Source: Aplysia californica (taxonomy: Eukaryota). From it: a DNA stretch of 61,340 bases. Position numbers and translations under genes: made by a program. This document shows, in pieces, positions 48,401 to 60,075 of this stretch; the first letter of the stretch is position 1, and every line of letters begins with the position of its first letter. Under the pieces are notes generated by a model that was not told the origin of the DNA, did not search any database, and saw only the letters and a list, made by a program, of their open reading frames with translations. The stretch spans positions 1,495,825 to 1,557,164 of the forward strand of contig NW_004797358.1 of assembly GCF_000002075.1 (NCBI RefSeq), given 5' to 3'.

Positions 48401-51061
48401 TTTTCCAATTTTCCGTTCATCTTTGCTGGAGATAGGATAGGGCCGAACAGTAGGAAAGCAATGAAAACCCCCAAAATTGCCCAAGTTGAAGATATCTCTG
48501 TTAGGGGTTCAAAACGTGGTCGTCCTTTTCGTAGTTCAACCTGACATCAACTGGTGGAATGGTGCCTCCCCCCCCCCCCCAAAAAAAAGGGGAAAAAAAG
48601 AATCTGCTCTACTCACTACGTCTGTTATATCACAGGGCTCCAGAACCCAAGTTTACTATCCTTCAGGAGCCTGCAGAGGGTCATCCTGAGTTTCTTGTGG
48701 CCGAAATTCACCTGCCCAATATTGTAAGTAGGCCTACTGTATTTAGATATGGTACGCTTTATAAATGAGAGCAAACTGCTGTCTGTTGTTTTATATTAAT
48801 AGTGAGGCCATGTGCCTTGCATAATTGACATGTGAATTCAACTCTCATGAGAAAATATATACATATATTTTATTGAGTTTTGTCAATCCTGTCCATAACA
48901 GTCACTCAAGGTCACAGAGAAAAGTGACAGGTATAGACAGGTGGCTGCTGTAAACAGGGTCTGAGTTATGGTCACTTATTACCGGTATTAAGATAAATTC
49001 TCTCTTGTGGTACATGTAAACACCAACAACAACACTTAGGATAAATAAAAACGTTCTCTTCTGAGTTAATGATGAGAGCGTTTAAAGAAATGCTGCCAAC
49101 AGACTCAATCCCCCTTTTCCAAAAAGACATTTATTGTGTTGATGTATTTATCTTTACTGAAACAAAGCTAACAAACTTCTAGAGAATGCTGCAGTTAGCT
49201 TAAGTTTAAGATCTCCCTATGCCCTTCTGGTTTCATGGATGGTTGGCAGGTGCTCTGGTGTGGTTTGCTCCTTCGTTCCTATCAAACATCTATTGTCCTT
49301 ATCTCTCCTTGTTTTCATTATATGTTACTGTATGCCTCTAATCTTCTGCACTTATATGGTTTATGTTGCAAGTGCTGTAGAACTCTTACAAAAACTGAAA
49401 CTAAACAGACCTCCGGAGGGGGATGCAATAACGATCTCCCTGTGCCTTTCTGGCTTCTGAACCTAATTCTGTCATGATTCAGTTGGCTCATGTCCCATCG
49501 TGAAACTTTGGGATTAGTGTTACATGAAATCAGATGTAGACTCCAGAGGAAAAACCACTTAACAAAATGGAGAGAACAGAAATTTGAAATTTGAAAGTCT
49601 GTATCTGATAGTATAGCTTTTTTAAAACTTTATGTAGCGCAAGAAATAGCTTGATTATCTGTTGGATCATTTGTGGAGAAAAAAAGTTTGATTTTTAAAG
49701 AATGCAGCAACTCATTAAAAAGAACTGCAACGTATCTGGTTTTTTTTTTTACTGGAGTCTTTAAACAATTGTGTGGATGTTCTCCTCAGAAAACTGCCCA
49801 GTCGCTCACACTAGACATTGGTGAGGACCATTTGGTTTTGACCACCAGGTCTCATGTCTACCATCTAGACATCTTTCTACCCTTCGATCTGCTAAACGAA
49901 GAGAGTGGAGCTCAGTTCGATAAAAACTCAAAGGTGAAACTTTTTTGTGTGGAATTATTGTTCCTATTTATTGTTTGAGTAATGACTGCTGTACCTATTA
50001 ATGTGACAAAAAATGAACTTGTACATTGGACATTTTGGACATAACTACCTTTTTCAACACATGCACCCGCCTATCGACTTTTGCGCAGGATATTACAATA
50101 AGTAATAACTCATTGTCGCAACAACAAACTAAGATCTGTTATATACATGCGTGTATGTGATACATACATATATAAGTTGAAATTAACTGTCTAAGTTGGG
50201 TAGACTTCTTACACAGTGTCATTATAATGTCAAAAAACTGCTCTTGATTTTTTTTCAATACTTACCTGCCAAGCTTCCTGATTTTATCGAAAAATTCCGA
50301 GTCAGACTGCATTTGCTGAGGTCCTGATAAGGACGTCTTTTTCCCAATCAATTCAACAACAGAGGAAGAGTTATTTTCTTTCTTGAATGTGTGAAGTCTG
50401 ATGTGATTCTGTTGGTGTGGAGTCTGCTCCTTTTTCTTTCTTGTTTCTATATATTTATTGTGCTGTTGAACAATTGTCTTTTTGGCTTTAATGAAGCTAA
50501 GTGATACTCATAGCTTTTACATCTTCAAGTGTTTGGCAGGATTTTGCAACATCAATTTTTGGAACTGAGGTAAAGCTGAAGAATGGTTGACTTGCAAACA
50601 TGATCTCTGCTCACATTTTTCCCTATTTCTGTCTTTGGAAAGTGATAATTTCCCTGATTTCAGCCAATGAAAAGTTGGCCGGTCTGTCAATGTCTAGTTT
50701 TAATTTTTGTTTTATCGGTTTACCCGAATTATGGATGTGTCTAGCACATTCTTCTATCCCAGACATTTTAGTTATCTGTACTCGGCTGTGTATAAATTAT
50801 AAAGTCTATGTGTCTCATGTGAGACTGANNNNNNNNNNNNNNNNNNNNNNNNNNNNNNNNNNNNNNNNNNNNNNNNNNNNNNNNNNNNNNNNNNNNNNNN
50901 NNNNNNNNNNNNNNNNNNNNNNNNNNNNNNNNNNNNNNNNNNNNNNNNNNNNNNNNNNNNTTTAGTTTGAGTGTCGTAAAACAAGTATTATAACTTTATT
51001 GTACTATTTTTTTTTCTTTCAGGTACTTACAGTCACTATGCCAGTGAAGCCTATATCATGA
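35028..51061 (+). CDS. PIH1D1: PIH1 domain-containing protein 1 (R2TP co-chaperone subunit), 10 coding exons, 315 aa
   Basis: Exons: 35028-35102, 38192-38279, 41080-41147, 41920-42037, 42740-42883, 45800-45893, 47487-47576, 48636-48723, 49790-49933, 51023-51061. All GT-AG, phases consistent, 948 nt. Motifs PGMCLKT, KVFINVCHS, FRIPMSIGEPHAEIDK, CTAYDV, EGIEGKY, W..LKNR, and CS domain (LVAEIHLP, LDIGEDHL, YHLDIFLP, AQFDK, LTVTMPV). Confidence 0.93.
35193..35478. mobile_element. Merlin-like MITE in PIH1D1 intron 1
   Basis: 28-bp TIR GGCAATTGTTTACTTTCTCGCGTTTAAT / ATTAAACGCGAGAAAGTAAACAATTACC (1 mismatch); 8-bp near-TSD GACTTTCC / GACTTCCC; GG..CC ends. Confidence 0.65.
35899..36405. mobile_element. 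unclassified MITE with imperfect TIRs and internal TGTACGGCCCTC repeats
   Basis: GCCCTGTGGCTATGCGTAGGGCC vs GGGCCGTACACATTGCCACAGGC. Confidence 0.45.
36856..38120. mobile_element. hAT-type non-autonomous element with tandemly triplicated right end
   Basis: CAGGGTTGG...CCAACCCTG TIRs; perfect 8-bp TSD CTGACAAC (36848-36855, 38121-38128); GATTTAAATC subterminal palindromes. Confidence 0.85.
38192..38279 (+). CDS. PIH1D1: PIH1D1 exon 2
   Basis: NNQNDGLDNQMKQTKTSDGVPFIAITPVP; joins to GMCLKT. A second in-frame AG lies at 38199-38200. Confidence 0.82.
38378..40619. mobile_element. putative non-autonomous DNA transposon (Sola-like?) with internal ~180-bp tandem repeat and microsatellites
   Basis: GAAATCAGGCGCCC vs GAGCACCTGATTCC imperfect ends; duplicated unit at about 39745-39925 and 39925-40105. 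Confidence 0.35.
39344..39412. repeat. compound (TG)n(GA)n(G)n microsatellite
   Basis: Visible directly. Confidence 0.9.
41080..41147 (+). CDS. PIH1D1: PIH1D1 exon 3
   Basis: GMCLKTRTVAGEKVFINVCHSEN; GTAAGT donor. Confidence 0.92.
41920..42037 (+). CDS. PIH1D1: PIH1D1 exon 4
   Basis: VPEPKDLTDDELLQVLDSEDPTQFRIPMSIGEPHAEIDK. Confidence 0.93.
42740..42883 (+). CDS. PIH1D1: PIH1D1 exon 5
   Basis: GGGCTAYDVIVHPKFMKKIEKSELFKTFFLTIMCEGIEGKYDIQLKR. Confidence 0.93.
42919..43805. mobile_element. Tc1/mariner-type MITE, family A copy 2
   Basis: CAGTCAAACGTG ... CAGGTTTGACTG|TA; colinear with 11760-12679. Confidence 0.85.
44336..44650 (+). mobile_element. tRNA-derived CORE-like SINE (diverged)
   Basis: Same family; its tail is interrupted by the MITE at 44654. 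Confidence 0.8.
44654..45473. mobile_element. Tc1/mariner-type MITE
   Basis: TA|CAGTGGAGTCCACTTATAATGAG ... CTCGTTATAACAGGATTCCACTG|TA. Confidence 0.75.
45800..45893 (+). CDS. PIH1D1: PIH1D1 exon 6
   Basis: WVFLKNRRSVGTLLEQHIRTKSKPVIMEMS; GTAAGT donor. Confidence 0.92.
47487..47576 (+). CDS. PIH1D1: PIH1D1 exon 7 (acidic linker, symmetric phase 2-2)
   Basis: EEGDQLPEIQPEKRNLVEELHHHEETLMK; strong T-tract + CAG acceptor, GTAATG donor. Confidence 0.75.
48636..48723 (+). CDS. PIH1D1: PIH1D1 exon 8
   Basis: APEPKFTILQEPAEGHPEFLVAEIHLPNI; GTAAGT donor. Confidence 0.92.
49790..49933 (+). CDS. PIH1D1: PIH1D1 exon 9
   Basis: KTAQSLTLDIGEDHLVLTTRSHVYHLDIFLPFDLLNEESGAQFDKNSK. Confidence 0.93.
51023..51061 (+). 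CDS. PIH1D1: PIH1D1 exon 10 (last coding exon)
   Basis: VLTVTMPVKPIS* (TGA TGA); AATAAA at 51242-51247. Confidence 0.9.
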   Translation, partial: VLTVTMPVKPIS

Positions 51062-51738
51062 TGAAAAAATTTTTGCTTTGCTCAATGTGATTCAGTTGTA
51101 GTGTTATGTATACCTAGATTCTCAAAGTGAAAGAAAAAAGGTTTTATCCTAATGTAGACTTTTGACCTAAAAAGAGCATGAGAGTGCTCCTGTCTACTTT
51201 ATGGATAGATCTATACTTTTTATATTGTTTATTCATTTATCAATAAAATAATAATTTTTTTAGGCTCGGGTGCAACTCTATTTAACTTTTATTATCGGAA
51301 TTTAGACTACTGGAACTCTTTAATATTTTTGTTCCCACTCGAAACAACGGAAATGGCCACAGGAATTTATTGGTAACGGGTAAAGGGCATGTTAAATTTT
51401 GACTGTGACTATTGTTATAACTTCTTTTCTCTTATGTTTTATTGATTAGGTCCCCCCCCCCCCCCCAACAAATATTGAAGTACAATACTCCTTGTAAACA
51501 TATAAACTTAAAAAATAAATTGTTTACTTTTGTTAGATATTGAGATTAACCTTCCCTTTAAACCGACTGAGGTTTTTTCAGAGAAGAAACTGGAACCTGT
51601 ATCAGATTTATTGTTTGTTATCAGTGAAAGTAATTCAATTTTAATTCTTGCAGTTTGTAATTTTTGTGTTGGAGACAAATATTCTGTTTCTTATACACAA
51701 CATCATTGTGGGGGGGGGGGGGGGGGTTGCAGGTAATT

Positions 51739-52092
51739 GTGGCGTAGGTGGCCTAGTGGTTAGGCTCTCGGACTCGCAACCGTAAGGTCGTGGGTTCGAA
51801 TCCCGTCAAGGGCCCGACGTTGTGTCCTTGGGAAAGGCACTTTACACGAATTTTTCTCACTTCACCCAGGTGGGAATGGGTACCCGGCTATAGACAGCGA
51901 ACGATCTTGTCAGTTTGTTAGTGTTTGAGCGCTTAAATCGGCTGCTCGCACTGTATGCTTCCCGGGAAGCTGAGAATGTTTCGGAGTGTTCTATGGTCTG
52001 CTGGGGTAATAATATAGTGTAAAGCGCATAGAGCCTGCTGCTGAGCGGGGATGTGCGCTATACAAATGCTATCTATTATTATTATTATTATT
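51739..52092 (+). mobile_element. tRNA-derived CORE-like SINE (best-preserved copy)
   Basis: Same family as 19642-19993; intact A/B boxes, (ATT)n tail, TAATT at both flanks. Confidence 0.88.
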
Positions 52093-54487
52093 AATTGAAT
52101 GGTTTTCTCAGGTTTGCTGAACTGTCTCAGCTGGATCTACTGTTGCTGAAGCCTAGTGCCTTTATTCTTGAGGGTTGCTAGGAAAGATTTAGACAATGCA
52201 ACCTTCGAAATTCTTTTCGGTTTAAAAGTAAAGTGGGAGCATTTTGGCTAATCAATAGTTTTGTTACAAAGAAGAAATATATCAGGGATTTTCTTTTCTT
52301 TTGGTTTGCTGCTGTTTTTAGATTAACCATGTTCTGTGTAAATAGACTTCACTGTAGCAGGTCAAGATGTGGAACATATTATGGTAATTCTACGACTTTT
52401 CAGTAGAACATCAAAAAGGTTTTAAGGGGTAAATTAATAGCCCACTTTCAAATGTTGTCATTTTTGTCCATCAGATTTTTCAAAAACACAAAATGTGATT
52501 GAATTTTTTGGTGGACAGCATCAGGGAAAAATATTTAACTCTAAGGAAGCATTTTCAAGTCACTGGTTCGAGCTAAAGATTCAATCAAATTTTCTAATTT
52601 GGCCTCAAATTCATAAAAAGAATCTGCAACGTATTAGACATCATATATATATATATATATATATAAGTACAGTCAAGCACAGATTACTCAGACATGTCTT
52701 GTGACTTGACAAATGCATTGGGTACACCCATAAGTAGGGGTATGGCAAATTGTATGAGCGATTTGTAATTTAAAGTTTTCCATGTTGTGTGTTGTCTGTG
52801 CCCGAATGTATGACAGTTTGCAGTGAATATTTTCTGTTAGCTGTGTGATTGTTTGGTCAAAATCAAAGACTGCTAATTGGATGTAACTGTTCTTTTGGGG
52901 GTTGTTCAAGTTTGTAATGGTCGGTAGAGTGAGTGGATGCAATTACGTTACGTGTGAGTATGTGTTTGAGTGTGTGCATCGATCGGTGTTGGTAAATTTT
53001 GTGGTGGTATGTATGTGTTCTCTTATAACATCTGTATGTTCTGATGATTGTACTTTTAATGTACTGAATAAGTCGCGACCCCAGTGCTGTCTTGTCGTAT
53101 CTCCTTTTTTGATAGCAGTAAAAACAGTTCATAACAAAGAGTAATGCCATATTTTCACTGTATAAAAATATGGAGATACAACAAGAAAGCACGGAGGTCG
53201 CGAGGTGCTTGCACTTATTCTTATCATCATTCTCCTTGCCAGCTGATCATGTCTGCTTAGAATTATGCATTTGAGGAAATAAAGTTTATTTTATTTTATA
53301 GGGTGTGTTTTTCCAGTTTCACTTTATATATATTGCCTAAAGCTTTGTTGTTGTCCTTTAAATTAAACTGTCTCTTAGCCGCTGTGGAACAATTGATTAA
53401 CATCTATTATTTACACACATATCAAAATCTGTGGCTCGAACCTTTGTGGGATTCAATTTGTCTTGCCGTTTCTTCAATTAATATGTTGTAAATCTTGGGC
53501 GAGTATCTTTTTTTCAGGATCAAATGTTCCATTTTTGTTGACAGAACGAATTCAGTATTTAGCATGGAAGTACAACGAAAGAAAGTTTCTTGTAGTATTT
53601 ATGTAGGCCTACCTGTCTTCAACCACTTATTATAGATGTTATTCCACATCAGTCTTTGGTCAAGATTGTCCCAACTGTGTATAAAGATGACCAGGACACT
53701 AGTAAGATCAGTTTGTGTGTTGCATTATTTTCCGTGGGAGTCTATAATTTCCATGATATGCTGAGTAAATCCAGTTCGTTTCACATTAGGAGCGTGGGTG
53801 GTTGGTGGGTGCTGTGGTGTGGTTTGCTCCTTCTTTCCTATCAAACATCTGTCCTTATCTCTCCTCCTCCTTTTTTGTGTATGTTACTTTCTTGTAACAC
53901 ATAATCTATCCTTCGGCACTTACATGACTTTATTGTGTTGTAAGTGCCGTAAAACTCTGATAAAACTAAACATAAGAAGCTCTTGTATGACAGAAACAAT
54001 TGACCTCATTCAAAATCAAAGCGTTTGATCCTGCACCAACATGATGTTTGTCCTTTGCAGGGAAAGATGACCTTGACTTCACATCACTGGGGGGTGAGAT
54101 GCGTGGGGGAGATGGCTGATCAGGGCCATCTTTGCCCGGAAATGTCTACTGTGGTGAGGGTATGGGGTGTGCGGGGCTAAACTAGGCTGGGAGGTGAGGT
54201 TCTCTCAGTCTTTTCTCAGCTAACATTTCTCTTCTTTATCTCTGATGTGTCTTTCTTCAAAGTTACCGACTCCAGATCTTATAATTAAGATCTGCCAATA
54301 TAATAATGCTGAGCTGTGAACCGCTATGAAGGAGTTTTCAAGTATGACAATGACAATTAATAGTCTTCCAAACCCTGGGCATCAATGAAGAAAACTACTT
54401 CAATTCAATTACCTGGGCAAGGAGGTAGGGGCACTGCATTGACTGGTCTGACAATAATGTTAAATAGCTATATAACATATAATTATA

Positions 54488-54798
54488 CAGTATAACACGG
54501 ATAAGTCAAACACAGAAGAATCGGAATTACGTATCCGTCGAACTGTGCCTGCGGTCCAGTTTTTTCCCCTTCTTTATCTTCGTAAGAAAATTATGCGATA
54601 CTCGAACACAAACACGGGATAGTCGAATTAATTACGTCGCCGTAGAGGTCTCAAGTCAACATCCTTTAGGGTGCACTTGAGACAAAAGAATAACACATGT
54701 ATTTTTTTTTTAACGGAAAAAGACATACCATCTTCCCCCTCCACAGAAGTAGCTAGCTGTGATATTTTTTAGCGCGCTGCTTGATATGCGCGTGCGCG

Positions 54799-54866
<68 letters not shown>

Positions 54867-55221
54867 ATGGAGCACTCCATTTTTTCATCTCACCATGGCT
54901 TTAACTTCAACTAGAAATAAAGCATAACAAAGGCAAACACTTCCAGTCCACTTCTCTACTGTTCCCCATCACTATCACGCTCATCGCTGGCCCCGGTAGA
55001 GGAAGGGAAATGGACGGATACTACCCGTACCAACTACATAGGTACTCATTTCGAGTCGACCGCAATTTCATAAAAGGATCCTAAAGTGACAATCTTTGTT
55101 GCTTCCCTTGATTCTCTGACCCAACCGATGCCACTAACATTGTTCACGTATCCCTCGAACTATGGATCCCTTAAACTACCGAGGCCGGTCCCGACGAATT
55201 CGAGCTATCCGTGTTGTACTG
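54488..55221. mobile_element. Tc1/mariner-type MITE containing a (CA)n microsatellite
   Basis: TA|CAGTATAACACGGATAAGTCAAA ... TTCGAGCTATCCGTGTTGTACTG|TA. Confidence 0.75.
54801..54865. repeat. (CA)n microsatellite
   Basis: About 32 CA units. Confidence 0.95.
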
Positions 55222-56180
55222 TATTATATAGCGTATATATTGGCCTAATATAATAATGTATCTCCTCCGTCCTTCCCAAATCTATACTCGTATAGTGAGA
55301 GTGCCTTTTAAAACGGTTATAGTGACTCAACACTCTTTCATTGCTCAGGTGAATTGAGAGAAAGAAAGAAGGAAATAGAGAAAGAAAGAAACAAACAAAG
55401 AAAGAAAAGAAAAGTAAAGTAAAAAGGAAAGAAAGAAAAAAAAAGAAGAAAGAAACTGAACATGTACGAAACATCACAAATTGCAATGTTGTTTGAGGAA
55501 TACACAGTTTGAAATATCATGTCAAGGGATGCATACGAAGAGCACACGAAAAGAAAGAACCAGCCATAGTATGGACGGATACTACCCGTACCAACTACAT
55601 AGGTACTCATTTCGAGTCGACCGCAATTTCATCAAAGGATCCTAAAGTGACAATCTTTATCTCTAGGTGTCCAAAAAAAAAGACTGGGGGGTAAGAAGGA
55701 AAATAATTTACAGGAACCAACAGAAAAAAGGGGAAGAGGGGTTAGATAAAGATGAGATGAAAAAAACCGGGGATTGGGGGGGGGGGGGGGGGGGGGGTGC
55801 AAGAAAGAAGTCAGATATAAGCCTACCTCGCGGGGTGGTGCTGCTGACTGAAGTGCCTTTAAGCCATTCCCAAAGGGGGGACATTAACCAAGTTCTTATG
55901 CACAGTAGAATTGTATTTGTAAATTAGCTGATTCATCAATGTCATGCTCACAACTGTGCCTGAACTGCAACAGGGACCTGCTGCTTTTTCTTTCCTAGTC
56001 CTTACTATCGTAATTTTCCCTCTACTTTTGTGTATATTTGTCACACTCTTGTGACACGCTATTTCTGGGGAGCCTTGATAGTCGAAGCAGATTCTGTGCT
56101 GTTGATGCTAGAGAGGTGAGTAGAGTAAGCTGACTTCCTGTAAGGACTTCTCAGTTGACATCCACTCATATGACCTTATC

Positions 56181-56359
56181 TATCCCCGTGGTTTTATGCA
56201 CCCCACATAACTGAGCTAAATTTGATCATTTTTGGCATTATTTCTGATTATTTTCCTTCACCATTCTTTGTTAAAATTAACAGAATCGCATAATTTCACA
56301 TTTTTGGGCTCAATTTGCATAATTTCATATTTTTTTGCCACATAAAACCACGGGGACAG
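56181..56359. mobile_element. short MITE, family B copy 2
   Basis: Homologous to 6861-7039. Confidence 0.7.
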
Positions 56360-58509
56360 CCTTATGCAGTTGTGAGCGCCGTAAAACCTCAACTAAAACA
56401 AACAAGAGATAAGCTTACTCATCAGGTGGCAGGTGCATCCTAGTGTAGGAGTCTTGCGTTGCAGCACTTCACGTTGGCGTGCATGCAATAATGTAACTGA
56501 TTTGATCATTACCGTAGGCTAGTCCTGAACGTTGCTCTTTTTGGACACGTGAACACACATGTGCATTCATGCGATCTGAATTTGAAGTAGATCCAACTGG
56601 TTTCTCTTGACCAAGATGATGCTTTATCGCCGCCTTGTAGCATCATCATTGATCACATCGATCCTCACAAAACGGCTGATTTAATTTTGAGCCAGACTAA
56701 GACAATTATAATAATAATAGTCAAATTATAGTGCAACTTTATTGCAAGGAGACGGTCCGACAACACACTGTGAATCAAAATCTGTTGCTTTTTTTTATAG
56801 GGCCGAGGATGGGGTATTTATTTTGGTAGATCGAGTTAAGAAGCAATTCGATACAATACCGACCATTTAGTGCTTTGGAAAAAGGTAAGACAGATAGACA
56901 CTAAACTTAGCAAGAGGGAAACGAAGGATAAATAACACCTTATAGCTCCGTACATTGGAACCCTCTAACCACCCAACGGGATGGGATGTAGAGTATCATT
57001 ATAATGCAATCATGTGCTACCTTGAGACAATGCTTTTACTTTTGGCCTAAACAAAAATGACGAGGAAAAGGAGAGTGAATATCAATGGGCTTGAGTCTAT
57101 CAGGGCTCCATTGCACGGTAGGTACTCTAGTTTCTTATTCCTTCCTCCCCTTGTCTCTCTAGCCTTCAATAATGCGAATGGCTCGCGAGCATAGATTTAT
57201 GCCATAGTGCGGTCAAAAATAATAATAATAAAACCATTAAACTGCACATTTTCATTTTCTTAAAAAAATGCTCAATGCGCATTACATTGAAAAAGACATC
57301 ACATCTTACAAATTAATCGACATGCGTGTACGTAAAACAAAGTACTATGCATATAATATCTATAATATGTAAAAATTTCTGAGAGAAAAACAGTCTCGCA
57401 GTTAGGTTGGAAATGCCCGCACTAAAAATACACAATGCAATAAAAATTCACGAACGGTCACAATAGGATTGAAACGTGAGTAACTAGAANNNNNNNNNNN
57501 NNNNNNNNNNNNNNNNNNNNNNNNNNNNNNNNNNNNNNNNNNNNNNNNNNNNNNNNNNNNNNNNNNNNNNNNNNNNNNNNNNNNNNNNNNNNNNNNNNNN
57601 NNNNNNNNNNNNNNNNNNNNNNNNNNNNNNNNNNNNNNNNNNNNNNNNNNNNNNNNNNNNNNNNNNNNNNNNNNNNNNNNNNNNNNNNNNNNNNNNNNNN
57701 NNNNNNNNNNNNNNNNNNNNNNNNNNNNNNNNNNNNNNNNNNNNNNNNNNNNNNNNNNNNNNNNNNNNNNNNNNNNNNNNNNNNNNNNNNNNNNNNNNNN
57801 NNNNNNNNNNNNNNNNNNNNNNNNNNNNNNNNNNNNNNNNNNNNNNNNNNNNNNNNNNNNNNNNNNNNNNNNNNNNNNNNNNNNNNNNNNCGGTCAATAT
57901 CACCAATATCAGTCATAAGAAGGACATTAAAAAAAAAACAAAAAAAACAAAACAACTATCACCTTTCCCTTACAATTTAAAACAAGAATGAAGTAAATTA
58001 ACCATATTTGACCAAAATACAGAACTTTTAATAGTGCGAGGTGAGGAAACACGAAAAGGAAAAAATGGCCTCCGAAGTTGAACAATGTGTTTCCATAGCA
58101 ACAGGAGTCTTAGAAATGAGATAACGACTTGGAATTTAGAATTTTCTGACCATTCATGCTCGAAAAGGGGTCAAAATCTAAAAATAGAAGCGAATGAAGA
58201 ACTTTGAAGGAAGGATTCTCCACTGTACACGATCTTTGGTTAAAGCAATAATGTGGCCATGAGGTAATGGTTCTAAAAATAATCTCACACCTACACACTA
58301 GCAAGGTCTAAATTCCTTTTATTTCGTCACCCAAGCTCACAACACACCACACACACCTCCAAAATAAATAAAAAGTAAAATATGTATAGTCGATTAGTAG
58401 TTTATTTTTATCTTAAATAAAGCAGAAGACATCAAACTTTCAATAGATCCAAGAAACAAAAATTTCGTGGAAAGTCACTTTTTTTTGTCTTTCGAGGCTC
58501 GTTGCTCAT

Positions 58510-60075
58510 AATAGCACAGTGCGTCTTACGACTGACATTGAGCGGGGCAGACAGAATATATATATATATAACAGTATTAACAGTACATCATTATGACAGG
58601 TATGCATTTGTGAATAAAAATGCTTCAGCTGATATTTGAAAATGTAAATTGTTGGGGCAGATCTCATTTTATATGGGAGTTCGTTCCATACCTGGGGACC
58701 AAAGAACAAAAAGGAACGCTCGCCGTATGTTTTGTAATTTTGTTTTGGAGTTTTAAAAATTAGATTATCAGAGGCTGCTCTAAATTAAGGGCTCTAGGTG
58801 GATGATATAATTCCTGGAATGTTTTAAGATAAAAGGTGCAGTATCATTTATACATTGAAAACAGAGAGTGGCAGTTTTGTATTTGATCCTTTCTTATATT
58901 TGCAGTCAGCGTAGTTCTTTCAGAATTGGTGTTACATGTGCTGATTTCTTTTGTTTCATTATCAATTTTGCTGCTTGATTTTGGAGTACATGTACTAGTA
59001 ACTTTGATAGTTCTTCGGTCGTCAAAGCGGCCAAAATATCATTATAGTTACAGTAGTCTAACTTTGATAAAATCAGTTTTGGTACACGTGTCTTGGCTGC
59101 TGTTTTAGTTAAATAATTTCTTACACTGCCAATTTTCTTAAGCTGAAAGTAAATACTTTTGCTGAGCTGGCTAATTTGGGAGGACATCATCCAGTGACAT
59201 CTGCGACAGATATCGGCGATCATGGTTCTCCATTCATTCCTTTGATTGGATGCTCTAAAAAAAGCTACGTAATACGTGTCCCTGATCTTTCCCTGTTACC
59301 CATTTGTTTAGGTTCCCTAAGTATGTTGTTCTGGGTCTTCCCCTGCCTCGCTTGCACTCAATTTTGCCAGTGAGAGCTAGATGTTCAAGACCCTTATGTC
59401 TATTTATGTGTACCAAAAACTGCATTTGTCGTTTCCTGATTGTTTTTAACATTGAGCGTCCCACGTGGACTTCATCAAGCACTACCTCATTTGATTTCCT
59501 TTTCTTCCACTATACAGGCCTACTCTTAGCAGTTTCCTAAGAAACCACATTTCTGTAGCTTCTAATCTATTTTATTTTCACTGTCTTTAGTGACTGTCCA
59601 GCATTCACAGCCATATAGAAGGGTTGACCAAACATAGCATTTCAGAACTTTCATTTTGGTGTTCATTAAGATGTTTCTATTTTTCAGGATTGGGCTCACT
59701 TTATTGAAACTAGCCTTAGCCATCGTAATTCTCCGTCTTATTTCTGTGGAACATTTGGCGTCAGATGTTATCATATATCCAACTGAACTCCTATATTTCT
59801 ATATTTTTAATACTTCTTTTTGAACGAATGGTATAGGCTACATATCAGTTTGTAGTTCTGGGAGATTTCTAGTGTCTTTTGTATTTCCACTCAACATTAT
59901 TTCCGTCTTGTCATCATTTAGTTTCAATTTATTGTTGATCATCCATATTTTAAATTGTTGAATACATTTCATTGTTCAGTAGAGTCGACTAAAGGTGGTA
60001 TTTGATCAAAATCAATAGACCTATAAATCTGAGTGTCATCGGCATAAATAGATGGTAATTCATACCATGTGGTCT
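58510..60075 (-). mobile_element. L2/CR1-clade LINE 3' fragment, split by the RTE insertion
   Basis: YADDTQIY-like motif (about 60025-60050); LILSKLDYCN, LQNQAAKLI, HVTPILKEL, GERSF..FGPQVWNELP. Confidence 0.8.
59177..59782 (-). mobile_element. RTE-clade LINE 3' fragment
   Basis: ITSDAKCSTEIRRRITMAKASF...CYVWSTLLYGCECWT and RKRQMQFL.HINRH.GLEHL.LTGKIE.KRGRGRPR. Confidence 0.85.
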
